From IMG/VR virus record IMGVR_UViG_3300023266_000005, positions 1 through 35,795 of that record: 35,795 nt of DNA. The stretch is one strand, 5' to 3'. This document shows positions 24,450 to 33,454 of the stretch, in pieces. Below the pieces are notes generated by a model, which did not search any database, was not told where the DNA came from, and saw only the letters and a program-made list of their open reading frames with translations. This stretch comes from a virus (lineage: Duplodnaviria; Caudoviricetes). Each line of letters begins with the position of its first letter. The stretch's first letter is position 1. The translations under genes and the position numbers were made by a program.

Positions 24450-25815
24450 GGGCGCCTCCAAAGAGGGGAAAGTTGTAGTCGCATGCCAGGTCTTTAGGGA
24501 TACCCTTAGGGTTACTCGGTTGCCAGGCCGCAAACCCGTCGCGGACGTTCTCAATGCCGATGGCCGCGGTCTGAAAGGCACTGGCAAAGTGGCTTGTCCA
24601 GTCGTGCCGAGGCTTTTTGTTGAGGACGCCTAGCTCTTCGTCAAAGGGGTAGTGGTATTCCCTGAGGGCTTCGAGGCCTTTTTCACAGAGCCGAGCATCA
24701 AACCACGACTGCATCATGAGACTACGGGCGGCGGATTCCTGATCGTCGAGCGAGAGTTTATCCTGTACGTCAAAGTCGATGCCCAGAGAAAAGGCGCTAT
24801 CGAGGCGCTTTTCAGAGCCCGGCTGGAAGTACTGGCGCTGTTTGAGGTCCCAAGGGCCTAAGAAGGTGCCGTAAACATAAGGGCGGCGGCGCAGTTCTTC
24901 CACGTAGTATTCGAAGTTCATCTGGGTACCCTCGATGCACTCGATAAAGGCCCAGCCCTCACCGTAAGACTGAAAGCACCAGATAACGGTACCGTCATGC
25001 CCTAGATCCCATGCGGTATGAACCAGCTTATTCGGGTTCCAAGGGACATGGGTAATGCGGCCTTGCCCCTGCAAGAATTCGAAGGCCTCGGCGTAAACCA
25101 CGCCTTGAGAGTAGGCGTTAAAGGAACAGTAAAACTCCTGCATAAGCCAGTCGCGGCGCTTGCCCCTTCGCAGTTCGGCCTCGATGAGGTCCCAACCAAA
25201 GATGCCGGTGTCGTCGATGGTCACGGTTGAGGTAAACCAGTCCTGCGGGTTGTCCAGGGCCTCGTTGTGGAGGCGCCAGTGGTGATTGTGACCGTTCGGT
25301 GTGGAGACGATGACTTGCCAGCCGTTGTTCTCTTTGGAGCGGATCGAAGCCTGAAGGTTGGAGTAGGCAACGTCGGACTTGTAGTGGGCGAATTCGGAAT
25401 AGCCCGCGCCCTTGAGGGTAGCCCCGCGCAAGGATTCGGGGTCGATGGTGTCGACGGCAACGCACTCGATCATGGAACCTGGTGTACCCCAGTTGTAGAG
25501 GTTTTGCAGGGTGATAGTGCGGTTGACTGCGTGCTTGCGGTAGATGAGCGCCTCTGGGATGTAGTAGCCGATGGTCGAGCGGCCCTTATTGTCCTTCTTG
25601 TCCCAGAAGTCCCGCCGGATTTCCTTTTGGCCGGGGAAGCAGTACCAGTAATTGCCGATCGTTTCCAAGGCCTCAGGGATAAGCCAACCGCACAGGAACG
25701 AGAGGTCCTTACCCGACTGCCGGTGCCAGTTAAGCAGCGCTTGCTTCACCTTTTTGCGCGACTGGATAAAGGGGAGCTGGTGCGCCATGGGGTGGTAAGG
25801 GATCTCGATGCGCAT
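24436..25815 (-). CDS. terL: Terminase large subunit
   Basis: WHRQSGKD Walker A, LRG...YSEFA Walker B region, VSTPNGHNH coupling motif, QEFYCSF, AWDLG nuclease Asp, and P.HDWTSH terminal motif. Confidence 0.95.
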   Translation of the reverse strand: MRIEIPYHPMAHQLPFIQSRKKVKQALLNWHRQSGKDLSFLCGWLIPEALETIGNYWYCFPGQKEIRRDFWDKKDNKGRSTIGYYIPEALIYRKHAVNRTITLQNLYNWGTPGSMIECVAVDTIDPESLRGATLKGAGYSEFAHYKSDVAYSNLQASIRSKENNGWQVIVSTPNGHNHHWRLHNEALDNPQDWFTSTVTIDDTGIFGWDLIEAELRRGKRRDWLMQEFYCSFNAYSQGVVYAEAFEFLQGQGRITHVPWNPNKLVHTAWDLGHDGTVIWCFQSYGEGWAFIECIEGTQMNFEYYVEELRRRPYVYGTFLGPWDLKQRQYFQPGSEKRLDSAFSLGIDFDVQDKLSLDDQESAARSLMMQSWFDARLCEKGLEALREYHYPFDEELGVLNKKPRHDWTSHFASAFQTAAIGIENVRDGFAAWQPSNPKGIPKDLACDYNFPLFGGAHANF

Positions 25816-25818
25816 GGC

Positions 25819-26175
25819 TTAGGCCTCAGGTGCCGGGGGTTGTGGGATCCCAGAAGGTGGGGAAGAGGGCGTCCCAGAAGGCGTCCCTAAAGGGTCGTGA
25901 GCCACCGCCACGGGCTCATCTAGACAGAGATGCAAGCGGTCGATGATGGTGTCAAAGTCCCGCACGTCGCCCTCAAAGGTGACAAACAGGTCCATCAGGG
26001 CACGCACGAAGTCGTAGCCCTCTTTGGCGATGTCGAAGCCCTCAGAGACCGAGATTTTAGCCTCATTGCGAGACGTCATGGGATCGTCCCGCAAGGCGTC
26101 GACAATGGCATGGATGAGCTGTTTAAGTTCCTTACCGACAAGATTCAGTTCAGCTAGTAGTTCCTGATCCGTCAT
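25819..26175 (-). CDS. Hypothetical acidic helical protein
   Basis: 118 aa, GGAG RBS, stop 3 nt before terL, Pro-rich tail. Confidence 0.65.
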   Translation of the reverse strand: MTDQELLAELNLVGKELKQLIHAIVDALRDDPMTSRNEAKISVSEGFDIAKEGYDFVRALMDLFVTFEGDVRDFDTIIDRLHLCLDEPVAVAHDPLGTPSGTPSSPPSGIPQPPAPEA

Positions 26176-26368
26176 GATTCTCCTGATCCCGTTCTTTGCG
26201 ACGCTTCAGCTCGAGGGTGCGCTTGGCTCTCAGGGCTAAATAGCGCTGCCCGCGAACGTCCAAAGCAATCGTAGCAGCCACCATCCCACTCATCATGGTC
26301 TCAAAACGCGATCCTGGTTCATCCGGATCGGTATAAAGAGGGCCTTTAAAGAGCCCGAGCCCTGCCAT
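26150..26368 (-). CDS. Hypothetical protein (~72 aa)
   Basis: ATG 26368 lies 1 nt after the tailspike stop, and the ORF fills the gap in the operon. Confidence 0.55.
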   Translation of the reverse strand: MAGLGLFKGPLYTDPDEPGSRFETMMSGMVAATIALDVRGQRYLALRAKRTLELKRRKERDQENHDGSGTTS

Positions 26369-26369
26369 G

Positions 26370-28247
26370 TTAGTAGTTCCTCGCCACCGATTTGTTGTTG
26401 CCCCCGCCGCCGTCAAAGACACCTGCTGTGGTATTGCCCTTCACTAAGTTCCCCTCGATGAAGTAGCGATCTGAGGCCCCGTTTGCCACTTCGATGCCGT
26501 ACTTTTGCACGCCGTAAGAGGGAAAGTTCACAGAGGAGCCGCAGGCATTGCCGGTAATCATGAAGTCTGTAGCCCCAGCGTCCACGTGGATGCCGCTACA
26601 AATACCTGGCGCGCCCACGGAATTGGAGAGGACGGTTATACCCTGGAAGCGGTTAAATTCGCTAAAGGCCCCGCCGTTCATCGAGATGCCGTGACGGCCG
26701 TTGTTGTACACGATGCCGCCGTTAATGGCAATGGCACCCGAATCGACGATACGGTAGCCGTCATTGGCAGAAGAGGCACACCAGACATTATCAAAGCGCA
26801 TGAAAGCGCAGCGCTCCAAGTAGACATTGTTGATGCAGGAGTCAAACTGCATGTGGTCAAAGGTGTTGTACTCGACTCTATCAGCAAAGCCGTAGTTGAC
26901 GCTCCTGGCGTCCATGCCGTACTGGCAGTAGATGAGGTCGCCACCAATGACTTGCAGGCCTTCGACGTGATCTCTCAGGAGCCAGGCCGTGCCGGGTCCG
27001 TGCGTCGAATCACCGGGCTCTGGCGCCCCCACGATGACCACGTCTTTGAAGTAGCCGCCCGCATTGCCGAGTGAGCCTAGGAGCGCTACACCAGCATATT
27101 CCATGTAGCCAATGGTGATGTTGTGAAAGTGATTGTTGGGTGCCCCGCGGTTGTCGGGCGGCTCCATGTGAATGCCGGTATAGGGCGCAAAGATTTGGAC
27201 ATTGTCCATGATGCCACCCGCCGCCGTGGTGAGCTTGAGCGCCGCGCCAGCCATAGGCGTACCCGTACTGCGGTCGTGGCCAAAGCCGATATCGCGGATG
27301 GACCAAGGCACGTGGTTGTTTTGCACCGTGAAGCAGTCGTAGTTACCCCGGTAGATCAGACTCGTGGCGTTATTCCCCGCGCCGTAGACATCGCAACCGG
27401 TGGTGAACATAACGTTAGAGAGCAGGAGATAGGTACCAGCAGGGACGTCGAAGCGGCCATTCGTTGCGTCCCTACAGGCCTTGAAAGCAGGCGCATCGTC
27501 GGTGACCCCGTTGCCCGTCGCCCCCCACTGGGAATCCGTCACCTGTGGGCGCCGCCGCAGGCGCACTTGGATAGAGGCGATCGCCGAGGCGTTGCTATTG
27601 GACTGGTTCGTCGTGGCCGTAATGGCCGAGAGATGGGCGCTCAGGGTCGCATCTTGCGCCGCGTTCTTCGTACGCATGGCGTCAAGCTCGGACTCGACGT
27701 TCGTGCCACTGTCGTAAACCACATCCTGAGCATTGACGGTAAGAGTCGGCGGCAAGTCGGCCACGGGAACCGGTGCCCAGGCGAGACCGTCGCCCGAGCC
27801 GTTGACGCGCAAAACAGCGCCCGGGACCATATCCGGAAGCTGCACGTTAAGATGGGTCGGCGGAGAAAACGGGCTAAATGTCGGCACGCGCCAGGCCCTA
27901 TCGAGCAGTTGGCGCGTGAGAAGCACCTGGCGGTCAAGCGCATCTTCGTGCTGATCGGCCTGGAAGACGCTGCCGGTGAGGTAATCGGTCGGCTGCGTGT
28001 AGGGCAAATCGAGCTGGAGCAGGACGCTTTCACCCCCTGCCATAGGGCTGAGAAAGGTCACCGTCGCCCCCGTTTGAGAGCCCGCCCCTGCCACCGTGTA
28101 ATCTGTCCCCAAGGCCTTGCGCAGCGTGTCAACAAAGACCGCCAGGTCGCCAGGCGTAGGGACTTTCAAGGGGAAGCCAAAATCCGTTTGTCCCGCTTGG
28201 GCAATATACCCCCGCGAGGCGATGATGGTCGTCCCCTCGACCGTCAC
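26370..28247 (-). CDS. Tailspike/tail fibre: T7-gp17-like head-attachment domain, coiled coil, and pectin-lyase-fold beta-helix (depolymerase candidate)
   Basis: N-terminal GQTDFGFP...DL.V...GTDYTV.G...HEDALDRQVLLTRQL; WGATGNGVTDDAPAF entry motif followed by beta-helix repeats; no signal peptide. Confidence 0.88.
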   Translation of the reverse strand: MTVEGTTIIASRGYIAQAGQTDFGFPLKVPTPGDLAVFVDTLRKALGTDYTVAGAGSQTGATVTFLSPMAGGESVLLQLDLPYTQPTDYLTGSVFQADQHEDALDRQVLLTRQLLDRAWRVPTFSPFSPPTHLNVQLPDMVPGAVLRVNGSGDGLAWAPVPVADLPPTLTVNAQDVVYDSGTNVESELDAMRTKNAAQDATLSAHLSAITATTNQSNSNASAIASIQVRLRRRPQVTDSQWGATGNGVTDDAPAFKACRDATNGRFDVPAGTYLLLSNVMFTTGCDVYGAGNNATSLIYRGNYDCFTVQNNHVPWSIRDIGFGHDRSTGTPMAGAALKLTTAAGGIMDNVQIFAPYTGIHMEPPDNRGAPNNHFHNITIGYMEYAGVALLGSLGNAGGYFKDVVIVGAPEPGDSTHGPGTAWLLRDHVEGLQVIGGDLIYCQYGMDARSVNYGFADRVEYNTFDHMQFDSCINNVYLERCAFMRFDNVWCASSANDGYRIVDSGAIAINGGIVYNNGRHGISMNGGAFSEFNRFQGITVLSNSVGAPGICSGIHVDAGATDFMITGNACGSSVNFPSYGVQKYGIEVANGASDRYFIEGNLVKGNTTAGVFDGGGGNNKSVARNY

Positions 28248-28714
28248 CTGCGGACCGCCCGGCGCACCGTGTAGACCGGCTCTGGCGCCTCTTCGGGTTT
28301 GTCCTCGTCGTCCTCGGAAGGATCCTCAGGCTCGGGCTCCGGAGGCCGAGAGGGCGGAATGTTCGTGGGCTCGGGGCCAGGGTCCGCCACCGGGGGTTCA
28401 CCTTCAGGGGATTCGCCTTGCGGCACGTATTCAGGGGTAGTTGCTGGCGCCTCCTCCGCGTCCTCTTCTTCGTCTGGACGCTCTCTAAGCGGCTCAAACG
28501 GACCGGGCGGCGTGGGCATCTCGGCCACCAGGGGATAGCCCGAGGCCTCCAGCTGCGTGGCGATGCGGATGGCCAGCTTGATGGCGTCGTCGATTTGCGG
28601 CTGGGCGATAATCGGGAAACGCGACCCCGTGCGCGTTGCCACACCGCTAATATAGGCCTGAAGCAGCTGCACAATGAGATCAGGCATAATCGCTTTCAAG
28701 AGATTACCTTTCAT
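28244..28714 (-). CDS. Hypothetical protein with a helical N-terminus and a Pro/Glu-rich disordered tail
   Basis: Fills the gap between the 1488-aa gene and the tailspike, with a GTGA overlap at the tailspike start. Start is uncertain (28714 or 28687). Confidence 0.65.
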   Translation of the reverse strand: MKGNLLKAIMPDLIVQLLQAYISGVATRTGSRFPIIAQPQIDDAIKLAIRIATQLEASGYPLVAEMPTPPGPFEPLRERPDEEEDAEEAPATTPEYVPQGESPEGEPPVADPGPEPTNIPPSRPPEPEPEDPSEDDEDKPEEAPEPVYTVRRAVRR

Positions 28715-31700
28715 AAGCGCCCATGTCGGGTTTTGCACCGAGGAATATCATATGCACCCCTTCGCCGCTTGTCCAGGAGATAGATTTATTTAAATTCAGA
28801 GTGTTCCCTGAAATGCTGGTTACGCGGGCGGTTTTCTTACCCGTCGCGGTCATGATGAGATCACCCTTGTAACTGGGGACCGTGCGCCCGTCTGAGAAAG
28901 GAACCGTGGTCACGACCGGCATGGCCGAGCCACTACCGGTTGACGTCGCCGTGGTGAGGAAGGTTCCGGCGTCGATACCGGCAGAGCCATTTGCCAGGTG
29001 AAAATCGTAAATAGGCGCCTCGACAAAGGCCGGCGCCGTCTGAATATTGCCCTTCCACCGACTGGGATACGTCGATTGCAAGCTCGAAAGAGACTGTGAG
29101 GTCACGCAGTCTCCAGCCCCTAGAGGCCCACCCGTAGCCCCTCCAGAACCCACCCCTGCAACCAAGATATTGTTGAATATATAATTATCGTCAAGGCCTA
29201 CAGAGCCCACCAAGCAAAACTTGGTGCGAGACGACTGGACGATATTATTGATGAATCGGTTATCTTCGATCGGTGTTTGCCCCGCCTTGTAGTAAGCTTC
29301 CTGCTTGTAATTTTGATAAAAGACGTTGTTATAGACCCAACTATTATCCAACCCATTGCCCCAGACATCCTTACCATTTTCAGCAAAGGTATTGAAACGG
29401 ACAATATTTTTCGTCGGATCCGCCTCAATAACAGCACCTGTCGTATCATTTTGCCCTTGCCCACCCAGCTGCGTACCACTGCCGTATCTGCCCCCCTTAT
29501 TACCCCCAGGCCATGGCGTACTGGCATAATCCCGATTGGCCAGATTGACGCTATTTTGCTCGAAAATCTCGAACTGTGCCGGATAAGGGCTATAATTGCC
29601 GTGCCAGAAATTGCGCAACAGATTTCGTCTAAACACGTTGTCATGCGAAGCCGTCATATTGACATTAGCGCTATTGATGGCGTAATGCTTGAACTTGGCA
29701 ATCGTATTGCCATCGAATAGGTTGTGGTGAGAGCCTGTAATCATCTTGATACCTTCAAAGAGGCCCGCGCAAACTTTGGCATTATTGTCGCTACATTTCG
29801 CCGTGCCGCCGTTCGTCGATTCCACCAGAACACGGAGCACCTGGTTGTAGCTCGCATTATCCATGCGAATGGCATTGCCGTCGCGCCACCCCGCCCCAAT
29901 TTCTTTGACATAGCCTCCTGCAATGATACTGCGAGACGCACCCACCATGTTGACGATGTTGGTGGTCCGCGTCGCCGCCGTGCTTGTCGCATCCGACTGT
30001 AAACCCAGGCCCATAAGGAAGATATAGCTCTTGTTATCGAGGTTGGCGGCGCGGCCGCTGCCCGGCTGTACCACCACAGCATCGCCTGGCCAATTGGCAT
30101 ACGAAATATAGTTGTTAGCGCTACCGCTTCTTTGAGGCACGATTTCATCCGTGTACGTCCCCGCGTGAATAAACACCGATTGCCCGGCTGTGAGCGTAGT
30201 GTTGGCCTTGGCAATCGTCTTCCAGGCGCCGCCAGCACTGTTGCTCTTGCCGTCATTCGAATCGTTTCCGTCTGTCCGAATGTGATACACCTGCCCGCTC
30301 ATGACCGGGACCGTGACGCTATCGGCAAAGGCGACGCCGGTAGAGCCTTGGCACGTGAGCGTATACGTAACGGTAGCCGAAGGCGACAGGGTAGCGGGAC
30401 CATCGAGGGCTTTAGCGCCGCTCCAGCCGCCCGAAGCCGTACAGGTACTGGCATAATCCGCATGCCAGTTCAGGCTCACGCTCTGCCCAGGGATCAGGAC
30501 CGGCGGATAGGCTTCGAGCGTCACCACCGCGTCAATGCCCGCAGGCGTGGCCCCTGAGAGCGTCGTCGCCCCGGCCCTGGGCGAGGGCGAGGCCGACACA
30601 TTGCCCGCCGCGTCCTTGGCCCAAACGCGGTAGCAATACGCCGCGTTCGGATCAAGCCCCGTATCCGTATAGCTCAAGCCTGGCACTTCGGCCCTAAAGG
30701 CCCAAGGGCTACACGTATCCGGCGTACACACGCTGGCCTTGCAGTTTTGTACCCGGTATGACGTAACCCCCACATTGTCCGACGCCGCGCCCCAGCTCGC
30801 CGTAATGCTACTGGAAGATACCGCCGTGGCCGAAAGAGACGGAGGTGAAGACGGCACGGTCGTATCGGCCACGGCCCCACCATTTTGCACCGCGCCGTTT
30901 TGCGCCACGGTGGTGACGCTCAGGCCCGCGCCGTTAATCGCCCGAGCCTGAAAACTATGGCTGCCATCCGCCACCAAGCGCGTATCGTAGCCGTAGGTAT
31001 ACGGCGCCTGATACGATACCCCGACGTCTTGGCCATCGACCATAAAGACGACGCTCTCAATGCCTGACTCGGGGTCCGTAGCCGCCGCTGTGAGCGTGAT
31101 TTCTCCCGCCAGTCCCCCCGCCCCTGCCGGGATGGTGTCACCGGCCAGCTCATTTAAGTAGTTTTCCAAGTTGGTGTAGCCGTTAGAGGCATAGGCTGAG
31201 CCCACCAGGGACGTGCCATCAGCAGCCCCGTGTGAGACCTCCCAGCTATTGGGGATGCCGTCATTGTCTGTATCGGGTGGCGCTGTACCGGCCGCGTAAG
31301 TCGGCCACTGCAAACACTCGGCAATGGTCGGACCCCCCGACCCTCCACACCTGCCCCCGGTGTTGTTAATGACGTGGTTTACCGCCTTGGTGTCAATCGC
31401 ATCTCTGGCAGGCCAGCGCGCCCCTACCTTGGCAATGACATCCGCTTTGGCCTGCACGGCACTCGTCTGACTCGGCAGAGCCGGGTACCAAGAGGGCACA
31501 GTCGTACTCTGAATCGCATACGGGCCGCCCAGCGTATCGAGCATGGCCGTCTCCGAACCCACAGAGGCGTCTGGACGCCTGGTCGTATGCACGTTGCCCT
31601 TCATGTAAATATTCGAAGCGTCTACCTTCGCCTGCACACACGAGGGAAACCCCGCGTAGCCACACCCCACCGTGAGCACATTGCTGGTGGCAAAACTCAT

Positions 31701-33170
31701 GTAATTGTTGACAATCGCAGCCTGCACCGCATAGTAATTCGCCAGCATGTAAATACATTCCGCATTGCAGTCTTGCACCACGTTATTCGTCACCTGTGCC
31801 GTGCCACTGCCAAAATGCGGCGTGCGCTTGAAATTGTTGGCAAATAAATTATGCAAATACGATACATGCATCGTCGCCGCCGCGCCGTTACCCCCGCCAC
31901 CAATCCACGAGCCCCCGCCCGAGCCCGCAACATCCTTGAAATTCTCGCTAAACACACTCCACTGCCACGTCACATCCAACTGAATCCCATTCGTCTCGCT
32001 CGACGTTCCCACAATGTCATCGCGAACCCACCCCACGCTCATATGGTCAAAGATCAAGCTGTTGTTCTCGTTATCCTGCCCTACCGACATCCCCCCATGA
32101 CCCGGATTCGTCGTTGCCACGGTATTCGTCAGCCGCACCCGGCAACCCCGCCAAATCATATTGCCCCCCGGACGCGGTCTTAAACTCCAGTCCCCCGAAA
32201 TCATAATCCCACCGCCAGGCGCCGTCTGACACGCCACCGTCAAATCGTCCGGCATACCGTCAATATCCGAACCTAAAATAATCCGCCCCCCCGTCGTAAA
32301 CACCACCGTGCGCGCCCCACTCTGCGTCAGGCAGTACCTGAGCGTGCCGGCCGACCCATCATCCGAAAGCTTGTTCACCTTGCACACGCTGCCGCCGCGA
32401 CCCCCACTGGCAAAGCGCCCAAAGCCCTCCGCTGTTGGAAACGCCAGCTGCGGACTCCCCGCTCTCGCCCCCCCCACCGGCGGCAGCGTCAGCGTTACCC
32501 CTGTGGGGACGCTCCGGTCCACCTTCCACTCTCCCGCCGTAAGCGCCGTACAGTTGCCCACCCGGTCACACAGATCCACCCCCGCATCCACCGAGCCCCC
32601 CTGCGCCACTGAGGCCGTATCATACGTCCCCTCATACGGCTCCCCCACAGGCGTCCCTTGCTTTACCCCGGCTACCACCAACTGCGCCGTATACAACCCG
32701 CTCCCACCATCACTCGCCTCACTTACCCCCCAACCCACCGGCCCCGACGTCCAAAAGTCCCCCTCCGGTAGCACCTCCCCCGATGGACCCTCTACATCCA
32801 CCTGTACCCCCACCTCACTACTGGCAAAACAGTCCGACTCACTACTGCTCACACAACAGTTCAAGCTCGCGATAAACGGCCCATTTGCCGTAAAGCCCGA
32901 CGGGTATATACCCCCATACGGACTCGCCGCGGAACTTTGCACCGGCACACCCCCCACTAACAAACTCGCATGGTTGATTACCCGCCCAGAGGCACACTCA
33001 CCCTGCCAGATGACTGAGCCGCTGCTCCACTTCTCCCCGCCTATCTCCAGCCCCGACAGCGACAACACCGCACTATCCGGCGTCTCCTCGCACACCGCAA
33101 AGCTCCCCGTTAGACCCCATGACAGCGACGGCAAAAGCAGGGTTATCAGCAACGCCAGACCGGCTTTCAT
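28704..33170 (-). CDS. Large exported mosaic protein: signal peptide, Ig-like region, PL1-type pectate-lyase domain, Ca-binding DxDxDG motif, Ig, FN3, PKD/Ig-like, second beta-helix, choice-of-anchor-Q-like end
   Basis: 1488 aa. MKAGLALLITLLLPSLSWG; AFPTAEGFGRFASGGRGG.V.KV..L.D.G..GTLR...RTVVF..GG.I...ACQTAPGGGI; DTDNDGIPNSWE...GYTNLENYLN; YHIRTDGNDSNDG...AWKTIAKA...HAGTY; DFHLANGSAGIDAG...PDMGAYE. Confidence 0.88.
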   Translation of the reverse strand: MKAGLALLITLLLPSLSWGLTGSFAVCEETPDSAVLSLSGLEIGGEKWSSGSVIWQGECASGRVINHASLLVGGVPVQSSAASPYGGIYPSGFTANGPFIASLNCCVSSSESDCFASSEVGVQVDVEGPSGEVLPEGDFWTSGPVGWGVSEASDGGSGLYTAQLVVAGVKQGTPVGEPYEGTYDTASVAQGGSVDAGVDLCDRVGNCTALTAGEWKVDRSVPTGVTLTLPPVGGARAGSPQLAFPTAEGFGRFASGGRGGSVCKVNKLSDDGSAGTLRYCLTQSGARTVVFTTGGRIILGSDIDGMPDDLTVACQTAPGGGIMISGDWSLRPRPGGNMIWRGCRVRLTNTVATTNPGHGGMSVGQDNENNSLIFDHMSVGWVRDDIVGTSSETNGIQLDVTWQWSVFSENFKDVAGSGGGSWIGGGGNGAAATMHVSYLHNLFANNFKRTPHFGSGTAQVTNNVVQDCNAECIYMLANYYAVQAAIVNNYMSFATSNVLTVGCGYAGFPSCVQAKVDASNIYMKGNVHTTRRPDASVGSETAMLDTLGGPYAIQSTTVPSWYPALPSQTSAVQAKADVIAKVGARWPARDAIDTKAVNHVINNTGGRCGGSGGPTIAECLQWPTYAAGTAPPDTDNDGIPNSWEVSHGAADGTSLVGSAYASNGYTNLENYLNELAGDTIPAGAGGLAGEITLTAAATDPESGIESVVFMVDGQDVGVSYQAPYTYGYDTRLVADGSHSFQARAINGAGLSVTTVAQNGAVQNGGAVADTTVPSSPPSLSATAVSSSSITASWGAASDNVGVTSYRVQNCKASVCTPDTCSPWAFRAEVPGLSYTDTGLDPNAAYCYRVWAKDAAGNVSASPSPRAGATTLSGATPAGIDAVVTLEAYPPVLIPGQSVSLNWHADYASTCTASGGWSGAKALDGPATLSPSATVTYTLTCQGSTGVAFADSVTVPVMSGQVYHIRTDGNDSNDGKSNSAGGAWKTIAKANTTLTAGQSVFIHAGTYTDEIVPQRSGSANNYISYANWPGDAVVVQPGSGRAANLDNKSYIFLMGLGLQSDATSTAATRTTNIVNMVGASRSIIAGGYVKEIGAGWRDGNAIRMDNASYNQVLRVLVESTNGGTAKCSDNNAKVCAGLFEGIKMITGSHHNLFDGNTIAKFKHYAINSANVNMTASHDNVFRRNLLRNFWHGNYSPYPAQFEIFEQNSVNLANRDYASTPWPGGNKGGRYGSGTQLGGQGQNDTTGAVIEADPTKNIVRFNTFAENGKDVWGNGLDNSWVYNNVFYQNYKQEAYYKAGQTPIEDNRFINNIVQSSRTKFCLVGSVGLDDNYIFNNILVAGVGSGGATGGPLGAGDCVTSQSLSSLQSTYPSRWKGNIQTAPAFVEAPIYDFHLANGSAGIDAGTFLTTATSTGSGSAMPVVTTVPFSDGRTVPSYKGDLIMTATGKKTARVTSISGNTLNLNKSISWTSGEGVHMIFLGAKPDMGAYER

Positions 33171-33454
33171 TCTTCACCCCTATGGAGTATCACCTCAATC
33201 ACCTCCTTCGGTATCCCACTGCCCCCACTCGAAAGCAAACGGTACAAACTCTCCGCCGCCTTCACCCGCGCTAACCAGTCCGCCTGACGCACCTCCTCCC
33301 CCCACCGATTCATATACACCCGCTCCGCCTTCAGCGCATCCCGAAGCGCCATCAGTGCCTCCATCTGCGCCACCATCCCCAACTGCCTAAGACGCCTCTC
33401 CATCTGCTCCACCGTCTCCTGCGCCCGGTATACCACTAACTCCCTGTCGTCCAT
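33167..33454 (-). CDS. Small helical protein, first gene of the late operon; terminase small subunit candidate
   Basis: Start reassigned to ATG 33454 behind a GAGGAG RBS (95 aa). Two helices (...ARVKAAESL) and a terminal beta-strand (VIEVILH) resemble TerS oligomerisation regions. ATGA overlap with the next gene. Confidence 0.5.
   Translation of the reverse strand: MDDRELVVYRAQETVEQMERRLRQLGMVAQMEALMALRDALKAERVYMNRWGEEVRQADWLARVKAAESLYRLLSSGGSGIPKEVIEVILHRGEE

Noticed and set aside
26370-28247. Diversity-generating retroelement (suggested by the BPP-1-like head module)
   Set aside because: I saw no reverse transcriptase and no template/variable repeat pair differing at adenines in this window.
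27123-28274. 383-aa plus-strand ORF and the many other plus-strand ORFs (e.g. 13145-14095, 2722-3414)
   Set aside because: They lie fully opposite well-supported minus-strand genes, as expected in high-GC DNA, and show no motifs.
32308-33390. 360-aa plus-strand ORF
   Set aside because: Antisense shadow of the 1488-aa gene and the TerS candidate. Its Pro/Ser richness follows from the local C skew, and it has no recognisable domain.
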